Shown one piece after another: positions 12,059 to 23,480 of a DNA stretch of 64,000 bases. Source of the DNA: Torpedo marmorata (taxonomy: Eukaryota); assembly GCA_977017645.1 (NCBI GenBank), contig OZ360235.1, forward strand, positions 90,396,001 through 90,460,000, in the 5' to 3' direction. The notes beneath the pieces were generated by a model that saw only the letters and a program-made list of their open reading frames with translations, did not search any database and was not told the DNA's origin. Positions within the stretch are counted from its first letter, which is position 1, and the number at the start of each line of letters is the position of its first letter. The position numbers and the translations under genes were made by a program.

Positions 12059-12984
12059 TATTGTCATGTATTGTCATGTAATAAAGACAGTGCAATATTA
12101 CACGGAATTTGTTCTCGTCTGCAAGGCAGGGAGATTCGCCATTGGCAGAAATTACCTGAAGCACCTGTTATAGTCAGAGAAAGAGAAGCAAAAGAGAGTC
12201 CACTCAGAATCCCCTAGTGTCCTTGGATTCGCCCCCAGCACTCCCGCAGCCTCTGCAGCCACACAGAGTCCAGTTCAAACCATCAGCAGCCCGAGCTCCA
12301 GATTTGAACCGCTGACAAGATCAGGAACCCTCGGCACCCTCTTGCATCCCAGTTCCGATACCTGGTACCCCTTCAGCCAGTTCTTGAGCCAGTCTCCAGC
12401 AGTCTGCAGCCTGGTGTGAATCCCTCAACCGCACTCGCCAGCAGCCCACAGCCTGCGTGGGTTCCTCGCCTCGAGTCACCAACAGCCCGCCGCCAGCACA
12501 TTTCTTCAAACGCAGAACCCCTCACTGGTCCGCTGCCGTGGTCACTGTCCTGTGGGTCGTGTCCTCTGCTTCTACTTCTCAAACGGGTGGTGTTTTCCCC
12601 ATTTTCTGGTGCCCTGCGCCAGTTCTCTGCTTCTCCAGAGTCTGCAATCCCTCGTGGCTGCTGCCGATCAGGGGCGCCGCCATCTTGGGCGCAGACCCTG
12701 TGGTTGCAGAATTTTAAATAAAACCACCGTTGGCTCCGTTTACAGGCCATTTAAAGCCTGTACGGAGCTGACGGCAGTCAGACTGGGAGGTTGGACCCCA
12801 CGGGAGCGTTGTGACTCTGCTCCCTGCTCTCCGCGGGTCCGCACCAGCGGCAGCGCTGCCGTTACAGCAGCTCTGGCAGCGATGCAGCCGAGTAGGATTG
12901 TGAAGAAACCATTTCCTATGCAAGCTTTTATTGGCAGAGGTATGGAAGGAAAGAGTTGGGACGTCAGCTGTACAAGACATTGGG

Positions 12985-13170
12985 GATGATGATGAGTTTA
13001 TTGTCATATACATTAGTACAATGTACAGACACTGAAATTATTGCTTGCTGCAGCTCAATAAACAATGAATAAATTAAATTGCTGCTCAAGAAAAACAAAA
13101 TAGAGTAAATGTAAAAGGGTAGATAAATATTGAACACAATGATAAATTTCAACTACATGTCAGCAATAAT
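12985..13170 (-). mobile_element. Rex/Babar-type 3' UTR remnant
   Basis: GATGATGATGAGTTTATTGTCATATAC; same tail type as 4200-4425. Confidence 0.55.
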
Positions 13171-13974
13171 AAAGGCAAAATATTTTTCATTGGGCCATTG
13201 AAAATCAGTGAGATTCTATTGTGTCATTAAAACTGTGATGAATGTGCAATTAACATAGTAAGTTGTTTGGAGCATAGAAATAGATCTGGCAGGGAGGAAT
13301 GGGATAATTCAAATAGTCTAATTCCACTTGTATTTATTATAGCTACGTTTATCTCACCACATCTTCTTTTGTCAGTTTTCTAAAACAAATGTGAGAAAGC
13401 CTGTCTGGAATTAACTCTCCCCTGAGTTGATGTGTCTCTCTATGTTAGCGTCCATTTATGGTTTGAATCAGGAGTGCCCATGTCCTTTGGCTGCAGCTGT
13501 GCACTGCAATTCAATTAACCGTTTGCAAACTGATAACAGTGCTGGAGGCTTCTGTAGATTGATTTCCCATTGAGTTCCACTGAGGGAGTTTGGGAAGTGT
13601 TGTGAGTGATTTGAAACAAGCAATGCTCAGTTTATGAACGCATAACTTAAGGGGACCCTCTACATGCGGAATAGCTCCCACAATTATATTAAATTCAGCA
13701 GTACAAAGTACTGTTCAATCCCACAAATTGCAGAACTAGTTTCTGGTTTCTCTCAACTTGCAATTGTTCTTTCTTCTCCGTCTTGTGTCCTTTTGAAGCC
13801 ATTTGCTACAACATTGTGTTCCCCGTATTGAGTAATATTTTTCGACTCAGGGACAAAATTGATTTCAGAATGTTTGTAAAAACAGAACCCATTCATTACC
13901 CGGTATAGCCTAAACAATCTCAAAAAATCACATTCAGCTCTTGAATGAGATGAGTTACATCTTCAATGTAAAGA

Positions 13975-15486
13975 TGCGATGGAAAGCATCAGGATAGATA
14001 AGTCTCCGGGGCCAAGTGGGATATACCCCGGGTTACTTTGGGAAACAAGGGAAGATACTTCTGGCATGTTGACGATGATCATTGTGTCGTCCCCGGCCAC
14101 AGGAGTGGTCTCGGAGATGGCAAATGTTGTTCTGTTGTTCACAAAAGGTAATAGGGGGAATCCTGGGAATTATGAACCAGTGAGTCTTGCATCAGTGGTC
14201 GGCAAACTATTGGAGAGGATTCTTCGTGACAGGATTTACAAGCATGTGGAGAAGCACAGTCTTATTATATGGTTAGCACGGCTTTGTGAGGAGCCAGTCA
14301 TGCCTCTCGGTCCTCACTGAGTTTTTTGAGGAGGTAGCAAAACAGATTAATGAAGGTAGAGTGGTGGATGTGAATTTCAGTGAGGCATTTGACAAGGTTC
14401 CCCGTGGTAGGCTCATCCAGAAAGTCATGAGCCATAATATCCATGGAAACTTGGCTGCGTTGATTCGGAAGTGGCTGGTCCACAGAAAGCATAGGTTGGT
14501 AGCAAATAGAGTGTTCTGGGACCCCCTGCTCTTTGTGATCTTTATACATGACTTGGATGAGGAAGTAGATGGGTGGGTTAGTATGTTTGCAGATGACACA
14601 AAGGTTGGAGGTGTTGTGGATAGTGTAGAAGACTGTCAGAGGTTACAACAGTATACAAACAGGATGCAGAGTTGGGCAGAGAAGTGGCAGATGGAGTTCA
14701 ATCTTGAAAAGTATGAAGTGATAAGTTTTGGAAGATCGAACCCAAAGGCGGAGTACAAGGTTAATGGCAGATTTTTTAGCAATGGAGATGAACAGAGGGA
14801 TCTTGGAGTCCAAGTCCAGAGATCCCTCAAGGATGCCACGTAAGTTGATAGGGTAGTTAAGAAGGCTTATGGTATACTGGCCATCATTAGTCGGGGGATT
14901 GAGTTCAAGAGTCATAGGGTAATATTGCAGCTCTATAAAACTCCAGTTAGACCACACTTTGAGTGTTGCATTCAGTTCTGATAGCTGCATTATAGGAAGG
15001 ATGTGGAAACTTTAGAAAAGATGCAGAGGAGATTTACCAGGGTTCTGCCTGGAGTAGAGAACATGTCTTCATCAGGAAAAGTTGAGCGAGCTCGGACTTT
15101 TCTCTTTGGAGTGACGAAGGATGAGGTGACTTAATAGAGGTGTATCAAATTCATGAGAGGCCAAGATAGAGTGGACAACCACCACCTTTTTCCCAGAGTG
15201 GCAATGGCCCTACCAGAGGGCATCTGTTTAAAGTGAGTGGAGGAAAGTTTAGGTGAGATGTCAGAGGTAGGTATTTTGACACAGAGAGTGGTGGGTGCCT
15301 GAAACACATTGCGGGGGTGAGTGATACAATCTGGACATTTAAAACACTCTTAAGAGAGGTACATGGATGTTGAAAAATAGGAGGTTATGAACTGTGAGGG
15401 AGGGGAGGGTGAGATTGATAGTGCACTAGGTTTTCATGGGTCAGCACAACATTTTGGGCCTAAGGGCCCGTAGTGTGGTGTACTCT
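13975..15486 (+). mobile_element. CR1/HER1-like LINE, RT to 3' end, frameshifted with an internal deletion
   Basis: KSPGPSGIYP, NYEPVSLASVVGKLLE, FSEAFDKVP, MFADDTKVGG, QRDLGVQV; CR1 tail GGGCCTAAGGGCCCGTAGTGTGGTGTACTC. Confidence 0.93.
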
Positions 15487-15599
15487 TCTTTGTCTTCGTT
15501 GCTGCAATTTCCCAATTAACATGGCAACACAAATTAAGTCTAATTAGGACGCCACAATAAATACAAAAGGAAAATAAGAAGTAAATATTCGCAAGTGGT

Positions 15600-15925
15600 T
15601 GGGAGTTGTGCAAAATCGGTTCAGTCAGTCGTACAGACAGATTTTTGCTGGTCTTGTAATAGTGTTGAGGCTCAAGCGATACAGGGAGGTTCAAAAGCCT
15701 GACAGCTGTTGGGAAAAAAAGCTGTTCTTGACCTGGAGGTGCTGGACTTGAGGCGTGAAGGTGGCAGGGAGAGGAGAGCATGGCCTGGTCTTTCATGATG
15801 GTGGCTGCTCTCTCGAGGCAGCCCTGCACATGGATGCCATTGATGGGTGGAATGGATGTGATTGGCAGCTGGGAGCTTCTCTCAATTATTTTGCAATATT
15901 TCACTTTCTGTGCACACCCTTCACC
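15600..15925 (-). mobile_element. Degraded Rex/Babar-type LINE 3' fragment
   Basis: LPITSIPPINGIHVQGCLERAATIMKD...FFPTAVRLLN. Confidence 0.65.
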
Positions 15926-16084
15926 TGCAAAGGATATTTTCAGAAAACCTTTTTGAAAGGGCTCTGCAATTGATGATTTACGTGAACACTTTCCTCTCCT
16001 CCAGTTTTGACAGATTCAGCATGCTGTGGGTAATTGTTCCTTGGGCAGTAGACAGCACTGGCAAGACTTTATTTATTGCCTGTA

Positions 16085-16460
16085 GAACATTGAGCATTAC
16101 AGCACAGTAAAGGCCCTTCAGCCCACAATGTTGTGCCGAGCTATGTAAACCAACGCCACAACAATCTAATTTTTCCCCACCTCACACCCATAACCCACTA
16201 TTTTTCTTACATCCACGTGCCTGTCTAAGAGTCTTTTGACTGTCCCTATTGTACCAGCCTCCACCGCCACCCCCGGCAATGCATTCCAGATGCCCACCAC
16301 TCTCTGGGTAAAAAAACTTAAACTCTGACATTTCCTCCACTCACCTTAAACAGATGTTCTCTGGTATTTGCTAATGTCACCCAGGAAAAAGGTGTTGGCT
16401 GTCCACCCTATCTGAGCCCCTCATAATCTTATATACATCTATTCAGTTACCTCTAATGAG
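16085..16460 (-). mobile_element. CR1/HER1-like LINE 3' end
   Basis: Reverse CR1 tail (ACAGCACAG..AGGCCCTTCAGCCCACAATG) and CCCACCACTCTCTGGGTAAAAAA (FTQRVVG). Confidence 0.8.
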
Positions 16461-16527
16461 AAAAGTCTGTCGAGCTTGCTTCATATGATGGTTGTTCTGA
16501 GAAGATGGGGTCAGCTTTTAACCAAAT

Positions 16528-16855
16528 TAAAACAGAAAGTGATGAAACCACTCAGCAGGTCAGGCAGCATCTGCAGAAAGAGAAACAGAGTTTACTTTTC
16601 AGGTTGAAGACCCTTCATTAGAACTCGACATGATCTCCTGGCATTTATCCCACTGAAGGACTCTTCTTTGTTCCTTTCTGTGAACAGGGAGCTTTCTCCC
16701 ATTCCGCTGTAGCCTTTCTCTCCTCCTTGTGTTACTGCCAGAAATACTGAGTCCAAGCAGAATCTTTAACTCGACATGTTCCCTCTGTTTCTTCTCCCAC
16801 TGCCTGATCTGCCGCAGTTTCTGATTTTATCTTAGATTTTCAGCATCTGCAGTTT
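16528..16855. repeat. Penelope-terminus-derived fold-back element
   Basis: Arms CAGCAGGTCAGGCAGCATC and CTGCCTGATCTGCCG..CAGCATCTGCAG; hammerhead-like motif at 16588-16626. Confidence 0.6.
16588..16626 (-). ncRNA. Minimal type I hammerhead-like motif, core mutated (G5A)
   Basis: Minus strand GAGUU CUAAUGA AGGGU CUUCA ACCU GAAA AG UA AACUC; stem I GAGUU/AACUC is perfect. Confidence 0.5.
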
Positions 16856-17084
16856 ACCATGAAACTGAGTGGTTTGCTCATTCATTTCAGAGGAGTATTT
16901 TTTTTAAGATATTTTCCTTTCTGGTTGGAACAGTTCCCTTCAGTTTTGCCATTGGTCATCCTGAGATGTGATCTTGTGACCTCTGGCTGGCTGGTTCAGT
17001 CCCACAGCTCCGGCACTCTTTGTACCACTCTGAGGCAACTCTCTTCTGATGTGAAGCTTTGCTGCCAGGAGATTGGACACACTT

Positions 17085-17962
17085 CAGAATCAGAATTTAT
17101 TTTTATGAACAAGTCATGCAATTCGGTGTTTTGCGGCAGCATCATAGTGCAAACATTCATATTATAACCATCTTATGACATTACTATAAAAAAAATATAA
17201 ATAATAGTGCATGAAAATAAGGCAGTGTCTTTGGTTCATTGATTATTCAGGAATCTGATGGCAGCGGGGAAGAAGGTGTCCTTGTGCCGCTGAGTGCTCA
17301 TCTTTAGGCTCCTGTACCTTTTTCCCGATGGTAGCAGAGTGAACAGGGCATGGCCTGGGTGGTGTGGGTCTTTGAGGATAGAGGCTGTTTTTTTAAGACA
17401 CCGCCTCATGTAGATGTCCTTGATGGAGTGAAGTTTGATGCCTGTGATGTCACAGGCCGAGTTAACAATCCTCTGGAGTTTATTCTTGTCCTGAGAGTTG
17501 GCGCCTCCATACCAGGCAGTGATGCAACCAGCCAGAATGCTCTCCATGGGTACACCTGTAGAAGTTTACGAGAGTCTTCGGTGACATACCGAATCTCCTC
17601 AGACACCTCACAAAGTATAGCCACTGGCGAGCCTTCTTTGTGATTGCATCAATGTGGATGCTCCAGGACAGATCCTCGGAGATGTTGACACCCAGGAATT
17701 TGAAGTTCTTGACCCTCTCCGTTACTGAGCCCTCGATGAGGACTGGGTCGTGTTCCCCTGACTTCCTCCTGAAGTCCACAATCATCTCCTTGGTTTTGCT
17801 GATGTTGAGCTCAAGGTTGTTGTCGTTATACCATTCAACGAGCTGATCTATCTCCCTCCTGTACGCTTCCTCATTGCCATTTGTGATTCTGCCGACAACT
17901 GTGGTGTCATCGGCAAACTTGTAGATGGCATTGGAATTGTGCCTGGCCACACAGTCATGGGT
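17085..17962 (-). mobile_element. Rex1/Babar LINE, 5'-truncated (RT C-terminal half to 3' end)
   Basis: IYKFADDTTVVGRI, KTKEMIVDFRR, FKFLGVNISEDLSW, HPGHALFTLLPSGKRYRS; (GAATCA)n tail. Confidence 0.95.
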
Positions 17963-19340
17963 GTTTCCTCAGTTTCCCCAGTCTCAATAAAGGGCTTCAG
18001 CTCGAATTGTCGACCATTCTTTCTCTCCCACAAATGCTGCTCGACCTGCTGTGTTCCTCTAGCAAATGGTGTGCGACTTCAAATTCCAGCATCTGCCGTC
18101 TCCTGTGTGTCCCCAGCTTGGACGCACTCTATGTTTGTCACTTGATAAGCCGTTGCCTTGATAAACAAAGCTTTTTAAGCTTTTCGGGTTTGGTTGTGCT
18201 CACTGTGACCCATTAGATGACAGAGTTTTGGAGAGATACCAGACAGAAACAGGCCCTTCGCCCCTTCGAGTTTCCCCTGACCGTCAGTTGCTCATTTGAT
18301 GCTAATGCAAATCCCTTTCCACCTCACTCCCAGCTTCCCCAGATCCTACCGCTCAACTCCACTCCAGGGGCCATTCACAGAGGCTGACCTGCACATCTCT
18401 CACAGGAAGCTCACGAAGAGTGTGCACACTCTGCAGAGAGCAAATCGGAGATCAGGATCAAACCCAGCCTCACTACACGCGTGTGTCATTCCTCCGTGTA
18501 GGAAAATTATCAGCAACATTTCATGCAGAAATTACCTGTGTCACCAATGCAGCTGAATGTTAAAAATGTCAACAGAATTTCAGGGCTGAACAAGTGATCA
18601 TACATTACAATTAGTACAGTTGAACGTAAATAGACTAAAAATAGAATTCCACAACAACATGAGAAATCTGCTTTTTATTCATCACCGTTATGGATTGTGT
18701 TATTTTTGTTCATTAGAGTCTGGAGCTATTCTGAGTGTTGCCACTATCTCTTCACATCAAAGGGTTTCTGGTGATAAGCCGTCAACACCTTCGTGCTTCA
18801 CCTGACAAAAGCCACAGGCTGTTTGCCAGATGAGATAATGAACTGTGACCACGGGTGACCGCCGGCCTGCTTCCCACAGCCTTTCTGCCGCTTCCAGCCT
18901 GTAACTTCATCCAGAGGTCAGCCCTCCTCATTAACCCTTGCGTAAGGCGAAAGACAAGCGTGGAGCACCAAGTCAATGCGTCCGTCCCTGACATAAGGCC
19001 GACTTTCCTCACAGCAAGGCACACCAGAGCGGTGAATGCATCAAAGCTCGACCTCAAGGAGCCTTCGCATGAATGGAGTGCATCTTTCAGTCAGGCGGCC
19101 CTTTCAGACACTGAGAGTGGTTCGTTTGGAATCCATTAAATACTCCCTGAAGTCTTGCTCAAGCAGCTGCTGACAGACAAGTGAATAACGTGGTGCAAGT
19201 GTACAGCGAGCTATGAAGGGGTGAAAAGCATGCAGCTCGGGGGTGGACCTTCAACAACAGCTCTCAATCTGGAAACAAACAGGTGCAGTGTCCTGCTGGG
19301 AGACTGAATGCCCAAAGTGGGTAACTGAAGCTGTGCTAAG

Positions 19341-19862
19341 TAAAAACACAAAGCTGGAGAAATTCAGCAGGTCAAGTAGTGTCCTTTATATAGCAAAGGT
19401 AAAAATGCATAACCGACGTTTCAGGCTTGAGCCCTTCATCAAGGTATGGGAAAATGTCGGCAGGCGTCCGAACAAAAGAGTAGGGGGGGGGGGAGGGGTG
19501 GTCACAAAGCAGGAGGTGATAAGTGGAGAAGAGAGGGAGGGGACAGCAGAGATCAAGGGGAGGAGGGATGGCTAGGTGAAGGGAGGGGGAAGGGAGGGAG
19601 GAGAACTGGAAAGGGGAAGGGAAGGGGGGAGGGGGAAGAGGAGAGCAGGTTAGCAGAAACCGGAAAAGTCGATGTTAACGCCATCTGACTGGAGAGTGCC
19701 CAGATGGAAAATCAGGTGTTGTTCCTCCAATTTGCGGGTGGTCTTGGTGGGACAGTACATAAGGCCATGGACAGACATGTGAAAAGTGTGGGAGTGTGAC
19801 ACAAAACTGAAATGGTTGGCTACTGGGAGGTCTCTGTTACTGGTGTGGACGGAGCGAAGTTG
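19341..19862 (-). mobile_element. Penelope-like element 3' end (GIY-YIG C-terminus plus terminal repeat)
   Basis: Minus strand PVANHFS..HSHT..MSVHGLMYCPTKTTRKLEEQHLIFHLGTLQSDGVNID, then a pyrimidine tract and a hammerhead-bearing terminal repeat. Confidence 0.85.
19408..19448 (-). ncRNA. Minimal type I hammerhead ribozyme motif (U3 variant) in a Penelope terminal repeat
   Basis: Minus strand CAUACC UUGAUGA AGGGC UCAA GCCU GAAA CG UC GGUUAUG: core, stem II, GAAA, GUC cleavage triplet and stem I. Confidence 0.65.
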
Positions 19863-20034
19863 CTACGACCATGTACTCACCCGGACTTGATTCGACAGCC
19901 ACGTTGTCTTCCTTGCTACCTGCCTCCGCCGCCATCTTGTGCCTCATGGTTTCCAACTCCGATCACGGTGTCTGCAGATTTTCATGTTTTACAACTGAAG
20001 CTGTGCATCCTGCAATGCGTAATGGCTGAACGGC

Positions 20035-20275
20035 TAGCATGGCGGTTGGCACGATGCTATTACAGCGTCAACGATCCGGGTTCGAATCTGCAGTTGTCTG
20101 CAAGGAGTTTGTATGTTCTCCCCTTGAGCTATATTGGTTTCCTCAGGTGATCCGGTCTCCTCCCAAGTTCCAAAGACGTACGGGGTTGGAAGGTAAATTG
20201 GGTGTATTTGGGCGGCACAGGCTCGTGGGTCGGAAGGGCCTGTTAGCATGCTGTATTTCTCAATTTTAAAAAAAG
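20035..20275 (+). mobile_element. tRNA-derived V-SINE (HE1-like)
   Basis: GGGTTCGAATC B box, V core, GGGTCGGAAGGGCCTGTT tail. Confidence 0.88.
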
Positions 20276-20439
20276 ATTAAAATAAACCAACAGCCAATCC
20301 ACAGCAGACATGCCGTGATCCAGGCACCCAGCAATCTAGTGATGGAACAAGGATAAATTATGAGTTGAGTATTTTATTCTGCAGAGCAAGACTTTAGGCA
20401 TTGGAGATTGCAGTTGTTGAGCAGATCCTGCATTTCTCC

Positions 20440-20810
20440 TGAGACACACAGAAGCTGCAGATGCCGGAACGCAGGTCCGGTGGCATCCATGGGTGGAAAG
20501 GGTCGATCAGCATCTCAGGTTGGGACCCTTCATCGAGACTGAAGTAAAAAGGGATTGAAGGGGGAGAAGAAGTTGGGAGGGGCCAAAAAGTGTCACAGTA
20601 TTGAACTGAAGGTGGGGGAGGTGGAGAAACCATTGTAAGGGGTGTGGGGGGGGGGGGGAGTTAGAGAAAAAAGTGGGGACAGAAGTAGGTCAAGAAGAGA
20701 TGGAAAGTGGAGGCAGGTGCAGGTTCTAAAAATGAGAAAAATCGATGTTGCAAACAACATTTCTGCCCATTCTACCCACTGAGTTCCTCCCGCAGCTCAT
20801 TGTTCACTCA
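20440..20810. repeat. Penelope-terminus-derived repeat with purine tract
   Basis: GAAGCTGCAGATGCCGGAA..., degenerate hammerhead CCCTTCATCGAGACTG at ~20526, opposite arm CCCACTGAGTTCCTCC. Confidence 0.55.
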
Positions 20811-21709
20811 TCCTACATCCTGTGGCTGAGTAAATCTTTTCCAAATATATACATATATTTATTTTAAATTAGATCTTTTTGTATATATGTTATTGCTATG
20901 TGCTATGTATTGTGTGTGTATGTGTATGAACCATGGATCAGAGAAACGTTGTTTCATCTGGTTGTCTATGTACTTGAACTTGATTTTTCTGGAGATGTTT
21001 GGCTGCTTCAACTGATTTGGCTGCAGGCTTCTTAATCGGCCAATTCCCAAAGATACATGGGCCCCAATCCAGAGCAATATATTCACCACCCTCCCAGCCA
21101 AACCACAGAACAGCCACTGGGCACCAGGGTGATGTTATTGTGTGAAACCTGATGCAGCCTTTGAGTGTATACATTTCACCGAGCAAATTGAGATGTGCTG
21201 TGAGCAACAGTGAAAGTAAAGGTTTGCAAAGAGGCAAGGGATGGGTAAGCGGGGGAGTCAGGTGGGCTCTTTTCGCCCACTTTGGGAAGTGAGTGGATGG
21301 TGCAGGTTGGGCTCTCACTCTCTTTCCCATTCCCACCACTCTGCAATGTCTGACAATCACATCAAAGCCGCATCAACAACACAATCCACATCCCCTTCCA
21401 ATCTCAAGATTCCCATCCACTTCCTCCACTGAATCCAATCCTCACTCCCGACCCCCTCAGAATCTCCCAGTTTAACCTCCTGGCCAATCTCTGATGTTCC
21501 CCTGCCTTCCACTCCACTCCCACTAGGTCTATCTCACCACCACCACCACCCACTGATTCCCCTTCTCCTCCACCAAACATAACTCATCAGTCCACTTGAT
21601 CCACCTTTGGACGTAGATCCACGTTTGTTCAGAGACCTGTTGCAGCTGAGTTCAGGACACACCAGGCCCTGGATGACGTGCACTACCAAATAGCCCAACA
21701 TCTCCCGAG

Positions 21710-21983
21710 GGGCGGCACGGTTAGAGTAGCAGTTAGTGCAACGCTATTACAGTGCCAGTGATCCGGGTTCTTATCCCGCGTTGTCTGTAAGGAGTTTGTA
21801 CTTTCTCCCCGTGTCTGCGTGGGTTTCCTCCGGGTGCTCTGGTTTCCTCCCACCCTCCAAAACGTTCCAGGTTTGTAGGTCAATTGGGTGTAATTGGGCG
21901 GCACTGGCTCGTGGGATGAAAGGGCCTGTTACCGTGCTGTATGTCTAAATTTAAATCATAAAAATTTAAATTTAAATTAAAAA
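21710..21983 (+). mobile_element. tRNA-derived V-SINE (HE1-like)
   Basis: GGGCGGCACGGTTAG head; V core TCTCCCCGTGTCTGCGTGGGTTTCCTCCGGGTGCTCTGGTTTCCTCCCAC; tail GGGCCTGTTACCGTGCTGTATGTCT(AAATTT)n. Confidence 0.92.
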
Positions 21984-22071
21984 CCATCAGCCAATCCTTC
22001 AAACACTTGATTGCCAAGTGTGCAATAGAGATCCAGTGAATCCATGTCTACAGTACATTGATTGGGAGGAA

Positions 22072-22695
22072 TTCAAGTTCAAGTTGATTGTCATCTGACG
22101 GTACATATACTGTACAACCAGACAAAACAGTGTTTCTCCGGACCACGCTGCACACACATATATACACACAGTAAACAGCATAAAGTAATCACATTTATAC
22201 ATGCAGCTACAATTTAAAATAAATATCGATAAATATTTTGGGATGATTTACTCGGTTGCAGGATACTGTTCATCAATCTCATAGACTATGGGAAGAAGCT
22301 ATTTCCCAGCCTTGCAGTTCTGACGATGATGCTCCTGGACCATCTCCTTGATGGTGATGGGTCAAAGATACCTTGATGAAGGGCTCAAGCCCGAAGCGTT
22401 GGTTATGTATCTTTATCTTTGCTATATAAAGTACATGTTTGACCTGTTGAGTTTCTCCAGCATTGTGTTTTTACTTCATCCATGGTGTCTGCAGACATTC
22501 GTTTTTTACCTCTGTTTTTACTTTGGCTCAAAGATACTGTGTGCTGGATGGAAAGGGTCCTCAATAATTCTTTGAGCCCTATTTAAGCAATGCTCCTGGT
22601 GAATGTTGTTGATAGAGGTAAGGGAGACCCTCGGCTGTTTTGATGATTCTCTGCATTGACTTCTGGTCTGATGCTTTACAGCTACCATACCAGTC
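22072..22695 (-). mobile_element. Rex/Babar-type LINE 3' fragment, interrupted by a Penelope terminal unit
   Basis: (TTCAAG)n tail; CLNRAQRIIEDPFHPAHSIF in ORF 22518-22928. Confidence 0.7.
22372..22527 (+). mobile_element. Solo Penelope terminal-repeat insertion beginning at the hammerhead motif
   Basis: 10-bp TSD TCAAAGATAC (22362-22371, 22528-22537); starts CTTGATGAAGGGCTCAAGCCCGAAGCGTT; same family as 19341-19450. Confidence 0.8.
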
Positions 22696-23480
22696 AGTGA
22701 CAGTGGATGAGGAGATTCAGTGAGTGATGGTGCTGGAGAGGTGATGAACCGTATTGAGGGGAGGGGATTGGTTGGGAGTTTGGGGTAAGCAGCGATGATT
22801 AAATTTAGGGAAGCGTTGGGTGGAGATGATTGGGAGAAAAGAGATTGGGCTGCCTGGCTGATAAGGTGGTGGTCAGATATTAAGGTAGAGTGAAGGGAGT
22901 AGGTGTGAGGTTGAGAGCAGTTTTCCAAACCTCTGGAATTCTGGCATCATCACACTCTCTAACTCTGCAGTCCCTACCTTCAAGACCTGTGGATTCAGGT
23001 TGAACATTGAGGAGACTTGTCAACTTTTAGCCCCATTAGTTCACCAACAACCTCCTTCCTCGTGATGGAAATGTATTTAGTTTATGTCTCCCAAAAATCC
23101 CGATTATATATTATTTGGATATCTTTAGTGAAATTCATCATTAATTATTCAAAATCTCTGCCATTTCCTATTATTAAATCTGCAGTCTCATCATCCAGAG
23201 GACTAACATTTACCATTGGCTCCCTCTTCCTTTTTAATACCTGCAGAAACTCTTATATTGATCGCTAATTGCTGCTGTCCTTTTTATTTCATCATCTGCT
23301 GCTGGTTTCCAAGAATTTCCAAATCCTTTGGCCTCGTCCTTATCTTTGCAACATTTTGTGCCTTTTCTGTCAAGTTCAAGTTCAAATTTATTGTCAGAGT
23401 ACAAATATGACATCACATACAACCCTGAGATTCTTTTTCCTGCAGGCCAGGCAGAATTTTTACTTATCAGTAGTGTAAAC

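Larger units (their letters stand above)
11394..12880 (-). mobile_element. CpG-rich non-autonomous retroposon (copy B); tail split by a MITE
   Basis: Reverse complement aligns along copy A; tail GATTCAAGATTCAATT[TA] at 11394-11413 continues as [TA]TTGTCATG at 12059. Confidence 0.8.
11200..12985 (+). mobile_element. Old CR1 fragment (~11200-11391 and ~12881-12985), outermost layer of a nested stack
   Basis: QRDLGVQVYSSLK ends at ~11391; CR1 continues at ~12881 (GTGAAGAA..TTTATTGGCAGAGG..GAGTTGGGACGTC..CTGTACAAGACATTGG). Confidence 0.7.

Noticed and set aside
21710-21790. tRNA genes at GGTTCGAATCC-type motifs
   Set aside because: All are SINE heads followed by the V core and a LINE tail; no complete cloverleaf.
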